From Callorhinchus milii (Eukaryota): 64,000 bases of DNA. Location: assembly GCF_018977255.1 (NCBI RefSeq), contig NW_024704742.1, positions 115,260,001 through 115,324,000 on the forward strand. Direction: 5' to 3'. The notes beneath the pieces are model-generated. The model was not told the origin of the DNA. It saw only the letters and a program-made list of their open reading frames with translations, and searched no databases. This document shows, piece after piece, positions 12,810 through 25,400 of this stretch. The position numbers were made by a program, and so were the translations under genes. Positions within the stretch are counted from its first letter, which is position 1. The number at the start of each line of letters is the position of its first letter.

Positions 12810-13915
12810 ATGCTTAAGATTGTGGAGTCAAGGGAAAAGTAGCAGAATGAATAGCAAACTGGCTACAAGACAGAAAGCAAAGATTAGGGGCAGAGGGTAG
12901 AGTGGCAGGGAGTGGGCAGTGGTGTTCCACAAGGATTAGTATTGGGACCACTGTTGTTCACAATTTACAATAATGATTTGGACTCGAGGATTGAAAGTAC
13001 AATTTCAAAATTTGCGGACGACACCAAATTGGGGGGTATAGTTAATGCTGAAGAGGACTGCAACAAATTACAGCAAGACATTAATAAACTTGCTGAATGG
13101 TCATTTGAATGGTAAATGCATCTCAATATAGTGAGGTGGTACATTTTGATAGGAGGAATAAGGAGGTCACGTACTGCCTGGAAAATAAAAGCCTAAATGG
13201 GGTAGAGGAGCAAAGGGACCCAGGGGTACACATACACAAATCACTAAAAGTAGCAATAAGGCCATGAAAAAGCAAACCAGGCACTGGGGTTCATTTCTAG
13301 AGGATAGAAATGATAAGCAGGGAAGTTATGGTAAACTTATATTGAACCTTGGTTTAGATATAAGTTTACCATAACTAGGAGTACTGTGTCCAATTCTGGT
13401 CCCCACATTTTAGAAAGGATATGGAGAAGGTGCAAAGGAGATTCACAGGATGATCCGGGAACTGAGAGATCATACCTATCAGGAAAGGCTGAACGTGCTT
13501 GGACTCTTCCTTTGAAAAGAGAAGGGTGAGGGGTGACCAAATAGAGGTCTTTAAAATTATGAAAGGTTTTGATAGGGTAGACATAGAGAAGATGTTTGCA
13601 CTTGTGGGGGAAACCAAAACCAGGGGCCATCAATATAAAATAGTCACCAATAAATCAAATAGAGAAGTCAAAAGTAACTTCTTTACCCAGAGAGTGGTGG
13701 GAATGTGGAACTTGCTACCACAAGGAGCAGTTGAGGTGAAAAGCATAGATGTATTTAAGAGGAAGCTAGATAAGTATACGCGGGAGAAAGGAATAGAAGG
13801 TTATGCTGATAGACTTAATTGAGGAAGAGCAGGAGGAGGCTCATTTGGAGCATAAACGCCGTCATAGACCAGTTGCGCCAAATGGCCTGTTTCTGTGCTG
13901 TATATTCTAATGTAT
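12810..13915 (+). mobile_element. CR1 LINE (second subfamily), 5'-truncated
   Basis: GVPQGLVLGP, FADDTKLGG and FFTQRVVGMWNLLP motifs; CR1-type 3' UTR. Confidence 0.9.
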
Positions 13916-15377
13916 TGTTTAAAACAAACTACTAAGACATCCACACATGTATGAACATTTCTATTAATTTGGTGTGGACTAACAATTCTTTCTCAGCCAT
14001 GTTATACTGGCTCCAAACAGCAGAGCTGCTTTCCCTTTCAAACAAGCATCTGTGCATGCCAGGAAATCATCCTTTTGTTTTATAGGTTATTTTTTGCTAC
14101 TGCTGCAAGTTCACTTAATAAACTTCTACATGCTGTATGAAATATCTACGAAGAAACCTATTGCCCCAAAGTATTTTGCACGACTGCCTTTTCAATAAAT
14201 GGCACAACAATGCCTTTGGTAATGTGATTATTCATAGCGCCACTGATTTGCTTGTGCTGATACAATTAAAACATCTTCATTTTTTTTAACTAAAAGGGTT
14301 ATTAAGATGTGAAACATGTTACCACAAATATCGGTTACGGGGAATCATTTGCCCCATTTGTAACGGGAATTAGATGAATTCTTGAATGAGAATATAAAAG
14401 GTATTGGGGAGGAACAAGGACATTGGATTAGAATAAGAATAATCCATCCATTTGTGATAGCACCTTATCGTGTTGTCAAACGTCTCAAAGCGGTGCACAG
14501 GATTTTACTGTAAAGCTCAGTGACAGTGTATTTGTCAGCAAAATGCAGCAGTCAATTTGCACACAGCAACTTATGAATATAGTTATAAGCGGATATTCAG
14601 AAAGATCAGGGTAATAGGATTAGAAGAATGAAGATATAAAAAAGTATTGGGAAAGAGATGGGACATGAAACTTGAGGAACAAAAGCATAACAAGATATTG
14701 GGAAAGAGCAGGCACATGGGACTAGAGTTGGTAGCTGCAGTTGCAATGAATCGCAGAAATCCCAATGTTTTTTTTCTAACGGCTTGCTGAATATCTTGAT
14801 TTACAAGCCACTTCTATCACCGGTGCAATGTTTCCTTCAGCTTGCTCACTCCAGAATGGGGATCTCTCAAAACTGGTTTTATAGAGATAGATTGCACCCA
14901 AAATTTCCGAGCTGTTTCCCCATTTTTCGTATCTCCTTTGCGTTCCTGATGACTGTTTCTACACGTATCCAATATTTGCTCGAGATTGTGGAAAGGGAAA
15001 GAAAAATGTGGTCATAGTCTATGGTCATAGTTTGCTCTATAAAACCAGCAAAAAGAGATGTGGAGGGCGCTATATAAATCCAAGTTGTTGTTGTTGTAAT
15101 TGGAAGGTTCTGTGAATACAGTGCGTCAATTTTTTTAACTCAAAGGGTTATTAGGATGTGAAACATGTTACCACAAATAACGGTTACCGGAATCATTTGC
15201 ACCATTTGCAAAGGGAATTAGATGAATATTTGAGGGAATTAGATGAATACTTGAACGAGGATATAAAAGGTATCAGGGAAGAGCAAGGACTTCCTGAAAA
15301 GGAAGTAGATTAATGTTGGATGTGACTTTTCATCAGATGTCGATCAATCTGCAGTACATTGCCAGAATTTTACTTCA

Positions 15378-15960
15378 ATAACAACAAATTACATTTATAG
15401 TCTTTCACGTCAGGAGGAGTTCCCAAGGTGCTGGAAGGTTAAGGGTTTGCACCTGACCTGGGGGTTTGAATCAAGAGGGATGGAGGGATAGAGGTGAGTG
15501 GTGATGGGAGGGTGGCCGAAGCCAAGGTCAAAGTGGAAGGTCTTGAGATGGGCCTTGAGGGCCTTGAGATGGGCCAAGGGAGGGAATGAGGCGAAGGAAT
15601 TCCGGGATGTAGTTCCAGAAGGTGGGGGCAGAAAAGCTGAAGGCCCGACAGTCAATGATGGGGTGGGTAGGGTGGTGGACATGGAGCAGGCCAGTACCTG
15701 CCGAGTGGAGGGAGCAGACAAGTTAATAGGTCACAGGGGTAGGGAACAGGATGACTGTGGAGCGCTTTAAAAGAGAGGATGAGGATTTTAAACTTGAACC
15801 TCTGAGGGATGGGGAGACGGAGTCAGGTGAGGATACGTGGTGATCAATTCATGGAGCTTAGTATGGGAGAGGACACGAGCTGTAGAGTTCTGAACAATCT
15901 GCAGTTTGTGAAGGGAAGAGTTGGGAAGTCCAGTGAGCAGGGAGTTAGTGTAGTCGAGCC
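15378..15960 (-). mobile_element. L2-clade LINE fragment
   Basis: Similarity to 1572-2180 including tail. Confidence 0.8.
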
Positions 15961-16264
15961 TACTTCAGATTATTTATTTTCTTGGCAAAAATGTTCTTGC
16001 AGTGGATTCCTGAAATGCTGGCAAGGACTGGTTGGGCCGAATGGCCTGTTTCCGTGGTGTACTGTCTGTGTAAATCTGTACAGTTTCTGTCAATGGAGGT
16101 TTGAGGTCTTCATGGAGATGTCTCACAAATTAAATAACCCGTTTTACAGCCTCCTTTGGTAACTAAACTTTGGTGGTCAGGCTTGTTACAGGCAGATGTA
16201 TGGATTGAATGCAACAATGACTTTATTAATGTGTTCTGAGAACTCACAGTCTGCTAATTTTTAA

Positions 16265-16423
<159 letters not shown>

Positions 16424-18042
16424 TAAGTACCTTGAATTCTGCCACCTGATCCTCTTTCTTCTGTTCCAGGACTTACACAGTTTAATGCAGGAAAATAAGA
16501 TTCTGCCCTTTGAGAAGAAATTTGTTCGGTTTGGGTTGAACAATGCAATGCTGATTTAAGACACCCATTCGGGAGATAGTTTAGGTTTTCTTAACACTTT
16601 ATTTGCAAAAGGAGCAGAGGACTCTGGGCTCTCAGCCCAGAGCTAGAAACACTGAAATTGACACATTTTTAGCCCATTGTTAAACAAGGGCATGTTGCAA
16701 AAATAAATGTACAGAAAGTGACATGAGATATGGATGAAGGTGAAAATAAAGAGAGGTAGGGGAACAAGGCGAGTCAAGTCGCGAAGATAAAGAAAGGATT
16801 GGGGGAGAGTTGGGTACCAATAAAGACTAGAGAAAGAGGCAAAACTTCTATAGTGGAAAAAGCAAAGTAAAGGGGAAGCGTGGCTGAATGGATAACATTG
16901 AACAAAATAAATAAATACTTATATACTCCATAGTGCTGCTGATGTGATGTTTTTTTATTTCAGAGACCAAGCAATCCAGTATAGATGTGGAGCACATTTT
17001 TGCATAATCCTAGGATGTCCTGTAACTATTAAAATAAATACTGTAGTTGTAAATATTCCTTCCTTCAAGGATTGTTTGTCACCGGGAACTTGTGCTAGTA
17101 ATGTCATTGACTTGTTGCAGAATCCTTCAACCATTAGGATCAAAGGCATTGATCTATAAAGCTTCTACACAGTTGATGCAGAGAAGTACAATATGTATGA
17201 ACAATGAGAAGGCTAAAGGATTTTACACGGCCTGTAAAATTACCCCAGAAGTACACCAATATAATTTTAACAGACCAAATTGGTGCCCTGTGAATCAGTA
17301 CTCTAAGGTGTCTGGGACGTCCTCCCGACGTGAAAGGCGCTCTATAAATGTAATTTTGTTGTTATTGTTGTCTGTAATACTGTAGCAAATTATATTATTC
17401 ATGCAGACTCTGATGATGTTGCATTGATCGATGTTAGAATAATTTTATTTATTACATTGTTTTAGTTTATTTTTATGATCTTCAAGGTGAGGAATGTTAG
17501 AGCTGGGAATGGAACACTTTCCTATTTTGAGAACCTAGTGTCCATGTCAAACATTCAGGTTAGTTATAGTGCAGATAGCTGTCTTAGTAACGTATCTTAG
17601 TTTCAACCTAAAACAAGCACTCTAGCTTGCTGTGGGGTGCCATTTCTGGTTTTACGCTGACCATCATCACTCTTGAGTGAGATTGTCAAATTAAGAGCAG
17701 TTTTTTTCATGTCCATTAGGTTGAGTCAACTCAAAGTAATTTGCATTAGATCCTTATTGCAGAGCAGAGAGGGGAGAAGCCTATCCTATTAGTCTGACAG
17801 AATTGAAACCCTGGGACTAGAGTTAAAAGCATAGTGTAATGGCTCATTGGATCAACAAGTTATTCCCCACCACCACACCCCTGCCATCAAGTTAAGCAAA
17901 ATTGAGGACCTGTTGCTTGAAACACATAGTTATTTAACAAAAAGTGATGTGTCTAAGTTTATTCTCTTGAGTGTTTTCAGATCTTTGGGGATTTCAACAA
18001 GAACACATCATTAATGTCTAATACGAGGCATTGTTTTCAAGT

Positions 18043-18660
18043 ATAATACCTCTTGTATTTGATATAGTGCCACTTCACATCAGAAGGATGTATCAAAATG
18101 CTTCACAGGATTTACTACTGTAAAGTGTAGTGACTGTGTATTTGTAGGTATAGGTAGCCAATTTGCTCACAGCAATGACCTACAAACAGCCGCAAAGTGA
18201 ATGATAATTTTATTTGAGGATCATCAAACAAAACAATAATAAATTGGTCATTTTCAATCCACGACTGTTTGTGGGACTTTGCTGTGTGCAATTGGCTGCC
18301 GCGTTCGCCCACAAATATACAGTCAATTCACTTTACAGTGTGTTCTGTGAAGCACTTTGGGACGTCCTCCCGACGTGAAAAGCGTTATATCAAATGCAAG
18401 GATTATTATTATTATTATTATCAGGACACTGGGAGAAACTCTTTTGGGTTTTCGAATAGTGCTGTAGAATCCTTAATGTTCACCTGAACAGGCAGACGGG
18501 TACCTCACTTTAATGTCTTGTCCGAAAGAAGGCACCTCTAACAATACAGTTCAACCCCAGTTTGGAGTGTCAGCCCAGACTGTGAATTTAATATGGGGCA
18601 TGAACCCAGAACCTTCTGAGTCAGAGGGGAAGAGTGCTACACTGAGCCAGACTGACACGT
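18043..18660 (-). mobile_element. DeuSINE-like (SacSINE1/AmnSINE1-related) SINE interrupted by a + strand SINE tail at ~18222-18421
   Basis: tRNA-like head plus Deu-domain-like core (rc: caggtgaacattaaggattctacagcactattcgaa). Confidence 0.7.
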
Positions 18661-19460
18661 GAATTTGAGAGATGCACAAAATATTTCTTGTTTTAAAATA
18701 TTCGTAAAGTAGCTCAAATAATCACATTTTTGTTTTCATTTTTTTTNCTCTCACAGAAATACTATTGTAATTTTCGAAGAGTTGGGAGCTACCACTTGTA
18801 GCAGAAACAGTACAATGAATTATTTTCTTTCAAAGAAAACTTTGCAGTTCTGTGTTGATTGATTCATTTGTCTCTTAACACAGCTGTGTATATCTTATAT
18901 GAAGTAAAATCCAAGTGAACGCTGCAAAATACAAATACCTCATACCAATATTCAGGATATTGAGGAATTTTATATAAATCATGAGCAGAAAGCAATGTCT
19001 TTAAATGAGCCCAGTGTAAGAAATCTGTCTGGAAGTAGAATGTGGTCAATGGGATTGACAGCCTCGTTAAAATGGAGCTGTCTAATGAAAATGTTTTTCC
19101 CAGCTCTGGGCTTTAAATCAGTGCAGGTTGTCTAAATATTCAACTCATTAATTATATTAAACCAGCTCGCTGTTGCTGCTAGCAAATGATGCTGTCAGTG
19201 ATTTGGGGTTATTTTTGTATGCTCCAAGATGACGACATTTGGGACAATGCAAAGCAAAAATTTTTGTGATAAATAATTTATTTTCACAATGAAGAGGAGC
19301 ACTGAGTTGCAAATGTGGCAGACCTTAAAGAATTCCATATTTATTATGCTCTTGAAATTTAAATTAACTGGTTTTCTGAGCTAATGTTTCTTAGGGGGAG
19401 GAAATGATGATTTTGCCTGAATTTGACTCATTGAATTTAACATCTCGCTTTTCCTTCCAG

Positions 19461-19575
19461 TCCAAGGTTCCTTTATATGTGGCCTAATGCACGCATCTCA
19501 GTGATGGGAGGTGAGCAAGCTGCTACTGTTCTGGCTACAATTACAAAGGACCAAAGAGGGAGGGAAGGAAAAGAG
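19461..19575 (+). CDS. MCCC2: MCCC2 exon (human exon 15 equivalent)
   Basis: ccttccag|T...GAG|gtaatt; 115 nt; (S)[38 protein letters not shown]. Confidence 0.97.
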
Positions 19576-20094
19576 GTAATTGTCACCTAAAACTACAGGA
19601 CCATTCAAACATGACGCATACCTCATAGAGCAAGCTTTGCCCAGCTTAAGATTCAAATAATAATCACCATTATGGTCATTTTTATTACAAACAATGAACT
19701 TACTCTGCTCCTGTATCCAAATTCTGGCTTCAGTAATGTATATATAGTACCACTTACAATACACTTCAGTTTACATTTGTACAGTAGCTTTGTATAGTCG
19801 GGAGGATGTCTTAAAATGCTTAAATACATCTGGAGAGAGCATGTTGATAGCAGAATGAGACGGCCTTACCTTACAATCCCAACTCCATGCCTTGCAGAAG
19901 CGTCCTTCTCAAACTGCCTCTGTGTACCTTTCTGATGCTGTTCTGTGACTCTGTTCTAACCAGCTGAAATGGTCCAGGGAAAGTTTGAGGAACTGGTTTT
20001 GCATCCGCCTCTTCTCTCCAACCTTCAACCCTACCAAACTGGCTGCTTCCTTTGCTCAGCAAACACGTTAATTCATATTAATATTTGGGGGGGG

Positions 20095-20471
20095 GTTAGC
20101 TTTCTGACACATGCGGAAACACATCACCATGCTTAAGAGTATCCAAACCAAACAGAGTTGCATGCATCCCACCTATACTTGGAAATTTGAGATGTTCATT
20201 GGAATGGAATGCTTACTGTTTCTCTGGAGAGACACATCCTGCTTACCTATTTGTGGAGACTATAACGTACCGATTGGCAAGAGACAAGGATTAGGGACTG
20301 CAGAATGTGTATTGGGGGTACTGCTGGAATCTTATCAGCTAAAACTTGCCATTGAGAGCCTTGTCTGCCAAGCTTTTCTGCTGTTTGTCCAGCTTGGACC
20401 ACCCTACCTGTTAAGGCTTTGACTTGCAGGGTTGAGTGAGAAGAGTCCTTAGTCCCAGAGACTGATCTGCC
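20095..20471 (-). mobile_element. 3' end of the poly(A)-tailed LINE family, abutting an MCCC2 acceptor
   Basis: Colinear with 51962-52365. Confidence 0.75.
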
Positions 20472-20484
20472 AATTTTTATGTAG

Positions 20485-20570
20485 TTCTCTGCAGCCGATG
20501 AAGCAGCATTGAAGGAGCCGATTATCAGGAGGTTTGAGGAGGAAGGCAACCCTTACTACTCCAGTGCCAG
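20485..20570 (+). CDS. MCCC2: MCCC2 exon (human exon 16 equivalent)
   Basis: tatgtag|TTC...GCCAG|gtaagg; 86 nt; FSAADEAALKEPIIRRFEEEGNPYYSSA(R). Confidence 0.95.
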
Positions 20571-20824
20571 GTAAGGAAGTATTCATATCAGTGCTTTGTA
20601 TATTGAAAAATGACAATAATGATAGGTGGACTGCCTCTCAAGCTATATAAACATTGACAAATATCATGATATATTTGATGAATCTTTGGTCATAATTGGC
20701 ATTGTCTACAGGTCCATTTCTAAAGAACAGCAGGTAATGAGATCTATCGTGCAAACCATGTGTAAACACGTATATATTATGCTTAACTTATAATCACGTG
20801 TATACAAAGGAAATTACAGATGAC

Positions 20825-22400
20825 CTTAATAATGTAATTAACAAAGTAAAGGATTGCAACTCCTCCAGTCATGCATTTACTTGTGGTTTACACATGGCAT
20901 ATAAACCCTAAAATCCTTTTTTCCACCACCCACTACCTCCTCCATGTCCCCCCTCAGGTCTCCTCGATCTTCACAGTAAATGCCAAGTGCGAGGAGGTCA
21001 TGAACTTCTTTTCATCTAAAATTCACAACATCTGCCAGGCAGCCTCATCCACCTGCCTCTTGTCACCCACCACCACGCCCTCTCTGTCCCCCTCACTCTC
21101 CCCATCATCTGCTCCTACCACCACCCCCATCCTACATTCCTTTCTCCCTCTCACCCACCATCACCTCCATGAAACTCACTACCTGCTGCCTCGACCCCCT
21201 CCCCACCAACTTGCTGGTCACCCAGCTCCCTCTCCTCTGCCCACTACTGGCTGATGTCATCAACCAGTCCCTCTCCTCCGGATCAGTTCCTGGCCCCCTC
21301 AAAACTGCTGTCAACATCCCCCTCCTCAAAAAACCTTCCCTAGATTCCTCAAACCCCAGCCACTACCGCCCCATTTCTAACCTGCCCTTCCTCGTAAAAG
21401 TCCTAGAGCACGTTGTTGCCAATCAATTTCGCGCACACCTCTCCTCCCACTCCCTATTCGAACCCTTCCAATCCGGCTTCCGCCCTACCCACAGTACAGA
21501 GGCTGCGCTTGTGAAAGTCAAGCGTCAGGCAACCTAGGCGTCAGGTTCGACCCCCAATTATCCTTCCTCCCCCACATCCGGTTCCTCACCTTCTTCCACC
21601 TCTGACACATCACCCGTCTCCGCCAATACCTCTCCGAAAGCCGCTGAAACCCTACTCCATGCCTTTGTCACCTCTCAGCTGGACTATTCTAACGCCCTCC
21701 TCGCCGGTCTCCCATCAACTACCATCCATAAAATCCAACTCATTCAAAACTCTGCCGCCCGCATTCTCACCCACACCAAACTCCGCTCTCCGATCACCCC
21801 AGTCCTTGCAAGACTGTACTGGATTCAAGATCCTCACCCTTGTATTCAAATCCCTTCACTCCTCTGCAGCCCCTACCTCTCTGACCTCCTCTCTTCAAAA
21901 CAGTACCCTTTGCCTTCGTTCCTCCGGGTCTGGCCTCCTCCTCATTCCTCGAGTCCTCCGCTCCACCCTCGGCGGCCGTGCCTTCAGCCGCTACGCCCCG
22001 AGGCTCTGGAATTCTCTTCCTCACTCCCTTTGTCTCACTCCATCGCTTCCTATTTTCAGGTCTCTGCTGAAGACTTTTCTCTTCGAGCGCGCCTTTGGTC
22101 ACCTTCTTCCCCCTCCCCCTGGCTCGGCCCTGGGATCCGTTACTGTAACGTTATCCGTTATGTTATATTCAAGACTGAGATAGATAGATTTCTTATTGCA
22201 AAAGGGATTAAGGGATATGGAAATAAGGCAGGGTCAGGTTATTAGTTGGAGTTAGATTAGAAGATCAGCCATGATTGAATGGCAGGGCAGGCTCGAAGGG
22301 CCGAATGGCCTACTCCTGCTCCTACATGTTATGTTATGTAAAATGCTCTGAGACGCTGTCCGGCGTGGAGGGCGCTATATAAATCCAAGTTGTTGTTGTT
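20825..22400 (+). mobile_element. L2-clade LINE with internal deletion, and a CR1 3' tail nested at 22149-22336
   Basis: YRPISNLPFL, FQSGFR and APRLWNSLP motifs; (TTG)n tail resumes after the CR1 insert. Confidence 0.88.
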
Positions 22401-25400
22401 ATAATACACCCTGCATTTATGCATGGCTTGTATAGATCTCCAAATCAATTACACTAAAACCAAAGATTGTATAAATCTGAACTGGTAGCATCAATTGTAC
22501 CATAATCTATATCGATGTTTAATAACTGGCAGTCTTAGAAATGAGGTGGGCTAATGTAAGCTGTGCAGAGCAGAAAGGTACCAAGTTCCAATCCCTGGCA
22601 GGTGCTGAGTTAGCTGAACTCATTTGGGATACTGCAGGTGGCCTCTGTGTCCTTGGGGTTAAAGAGCAAAAAATCAACAAGATTTACACACGTGAGGAAT
22701 GGCCACTTTGGGCGCAGTACCAATAAGTGTGTATGAAAACATTTGTGAAGCCTCCCAATAAAAGGCGTTGGAGCACTTTAACAAATGTGAAGTTGTGGTG
22801 TGTCTCAATCTGGCTGCTAAGACTGTGGTTGCCCTCGTAAACAAGAATCAATTTTGCTGTTCGATCAAGAAGCATTCACTAATAATCTAAGGCCTCACTG
22901 ATGTGAAGTTCTGTCAGTGGAGGCTTCATTCCAGTTGCTAGCAGCATAAATGAAAATGTCTTGTCCGATTCTGTGATGGAATTTTTTTGTCAATATCAAA
23001 GGTTTAGGTCCACAGCCAGATCCTGGCCATTGCTGGTGCTCCAACCATAGAAATTTACAGCACAGATTAAGACAATTGGGTCTATGTGTCTGTGCTGGCT
23101 CATTCAAGAGCAATCTTTTCAGTCCCATTTACCTGTCCTTTCCCCATATCCCTGCAGCTTATTCCTTTTTAGGTATTTGTCTAGACCCCTGTTGAGTACT
23201 AATATTGGAGAATCTTGAAGGACACGAAAGATCTTTAAGGAGATGTTATTTGGTTCAAGCAGCTACTTGATTACCTTTCACCTATCAACAGTGGTTCTCT
23301 TGAGTGGTTAGTTCATTGCATTTAACATTGCGTTTAGGAGTTTCCTTGGATATTGGCCAGCATGAAAGTAAAGCCTAATCTTGTGTCACATGGAAATACT
23401 CCTCTCGTTAAGCCTTCTTTTCAGGTTGTAATGCAAAAGCTACAAAATCCCCAGTATTGTACTTGTTTACAATTACTTGTCTGTTTGTGCTTTAGGGCTC
23501 TGGAACCCAGATGTGCTGGGTAATCGCTTTGCTTCTTTCCCTTTAACCATGCATCTAGCCACAGTGGAAGGAGAGGAGGATTATTGAGGCTTGCTTTATA
23601 TCCATCAATTGTTTTTAACCAACAAGCGACTAATAGCCTTTAGTTTTATCTAAAGGTTTTTTTTATCCATGATTTTATCCCTGGCATTACCAGTAAGAAT
23701 TACACACTAAAGTGGTTGAAATTGACCGTATCAGCCTGTTCACTTCAGTTCAGCTGCAGTGTGTTGATTTTTTATTCTTCTTGTAACTGTGAAAAAGGAA
23801 GAAGATGGGGTCAAACTTGCAATATTTGCACAGGTTGGGAAGTGCTATTTTGAACCTCCTCAGTCGACTTGAGCCATTTGATTATTGCTTGGCAATTTCC
23901 AAAATCCACTGATGTGTGAAAAAGGGTTAGAGTGAAATGCAGGTTTGTGACTTTTGGCAGCTTTTAGCACTTCCTACACCCACTGTGAATATTGCAGAAT
24001 GCCTTCTAAAACAACCCAGGAATGAACATATAAACCCATATGCGAATATTTCTTGTCAGGGAGTTGCATGTTGTATCCTTTGCCACAATCTCTCTCATCC
24101 TTGTAATTGAATTACACTCAATTTTGAGGCTTTTTTTTCTGCACAACCTAAATTATTACTTACAGTAATTGTTCTGGTGCTCAGGGACAGCAAGGTCATT
24201 GATGCATTTCCTCCTTTCAAATAACCATTGACCCTTTAACGTTTACCTTCAATTTTTCAATGGAGGTAGAGAGACTGGATTTTACAAGTGATTTGAGTCA
24301 TGTCCTATTCCACTGGATCTAGCCAGGCTATTAAATATTTACCTTGCTAGTTTGCCTGCTGACGTACTGTGAACTGTTGGATAAGACTAAAAAGCGAAGG
24401 AAAATGAATCACGTTTTAAAGTTAATGATAGTTCTTTGAATTCTCATAGAATAATAGAACGTTTACAGCCATTTGGCTCATCAGCTCTATGCTAGTGCTA
24501 CCTTCTGACTGAAAAACTGGGATGAAAATTGTGATGTGTTCATTAACACATTATTGGAAAAAAAATAATAATCATTCTTACATTTGGTATAGCACCTTTC
24601 ACTCTGTGAGGACTTCGCAAAACGCTTCACAAAATATAATGTAAAGTACAGTGACTGTGCTTTGTGGGCAAACTTACAAAAATGCAACCATTCAGTGTCA
24701 TGCAATGCAACCTTAATCTTTAACTGGTTTGTGGGTGTGACATACTCCATCCCACATGCACTGTCAAAAGGGTTAGGCTTAAAGCCAGTTGCACAATGCA
24801 TTTGGAGTGCCTGGTAGCAAGATATTGGTTTAGCAAAAATGAGTGTTAAACTGGTAATTCTATGGCTTGCCAATCCAACTTGTGTCTCAACAAAGACAGT
24901 CAGTGCATTTCTTCAGAGGTATTTAATCTGCAGATAGTCATGGAAACAAATTCAGAGACCAATTCAAGTGATATAATTGTTTTCACTTAAATTCATCATT
25001 GTGCTATAAAGTGCCTCATTTTTAACCACTAGTCATGCAGGAACCTAGGCAACATTTAAACACAACCCTCTGGACAAATTGTACAGAATTGTGGTTGCCA
25101 GCAGATTTTAATTAATATAAATATTTTAGAAAAATTGCACGGTGAGTAAAATAGCATGCGTCTCGGGAGCTCTGTGCACCCTTGCACTGGATTAATTACT
25201 ATCCACTGCCAGAAAAGGACAAATAGCTCTAGAGTACAAATTAGTCACAGCAATGGTGCTAATCCAGGTCATTTCTATTTAGTTTCCTGACAGGACTCCG
25301 GGTCATGTATAATTAATGATCCGAGAGCTAATTGATTCTATTGAGGAGCTTTTTGATGTTTTTAATAATTAACACAGTCACCTTCTCACCTTCTTAAGGA

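Noticed and set aside
18747..18747. Single N base
   Set aside because: Assembly ambiguity after a T-run; not biological
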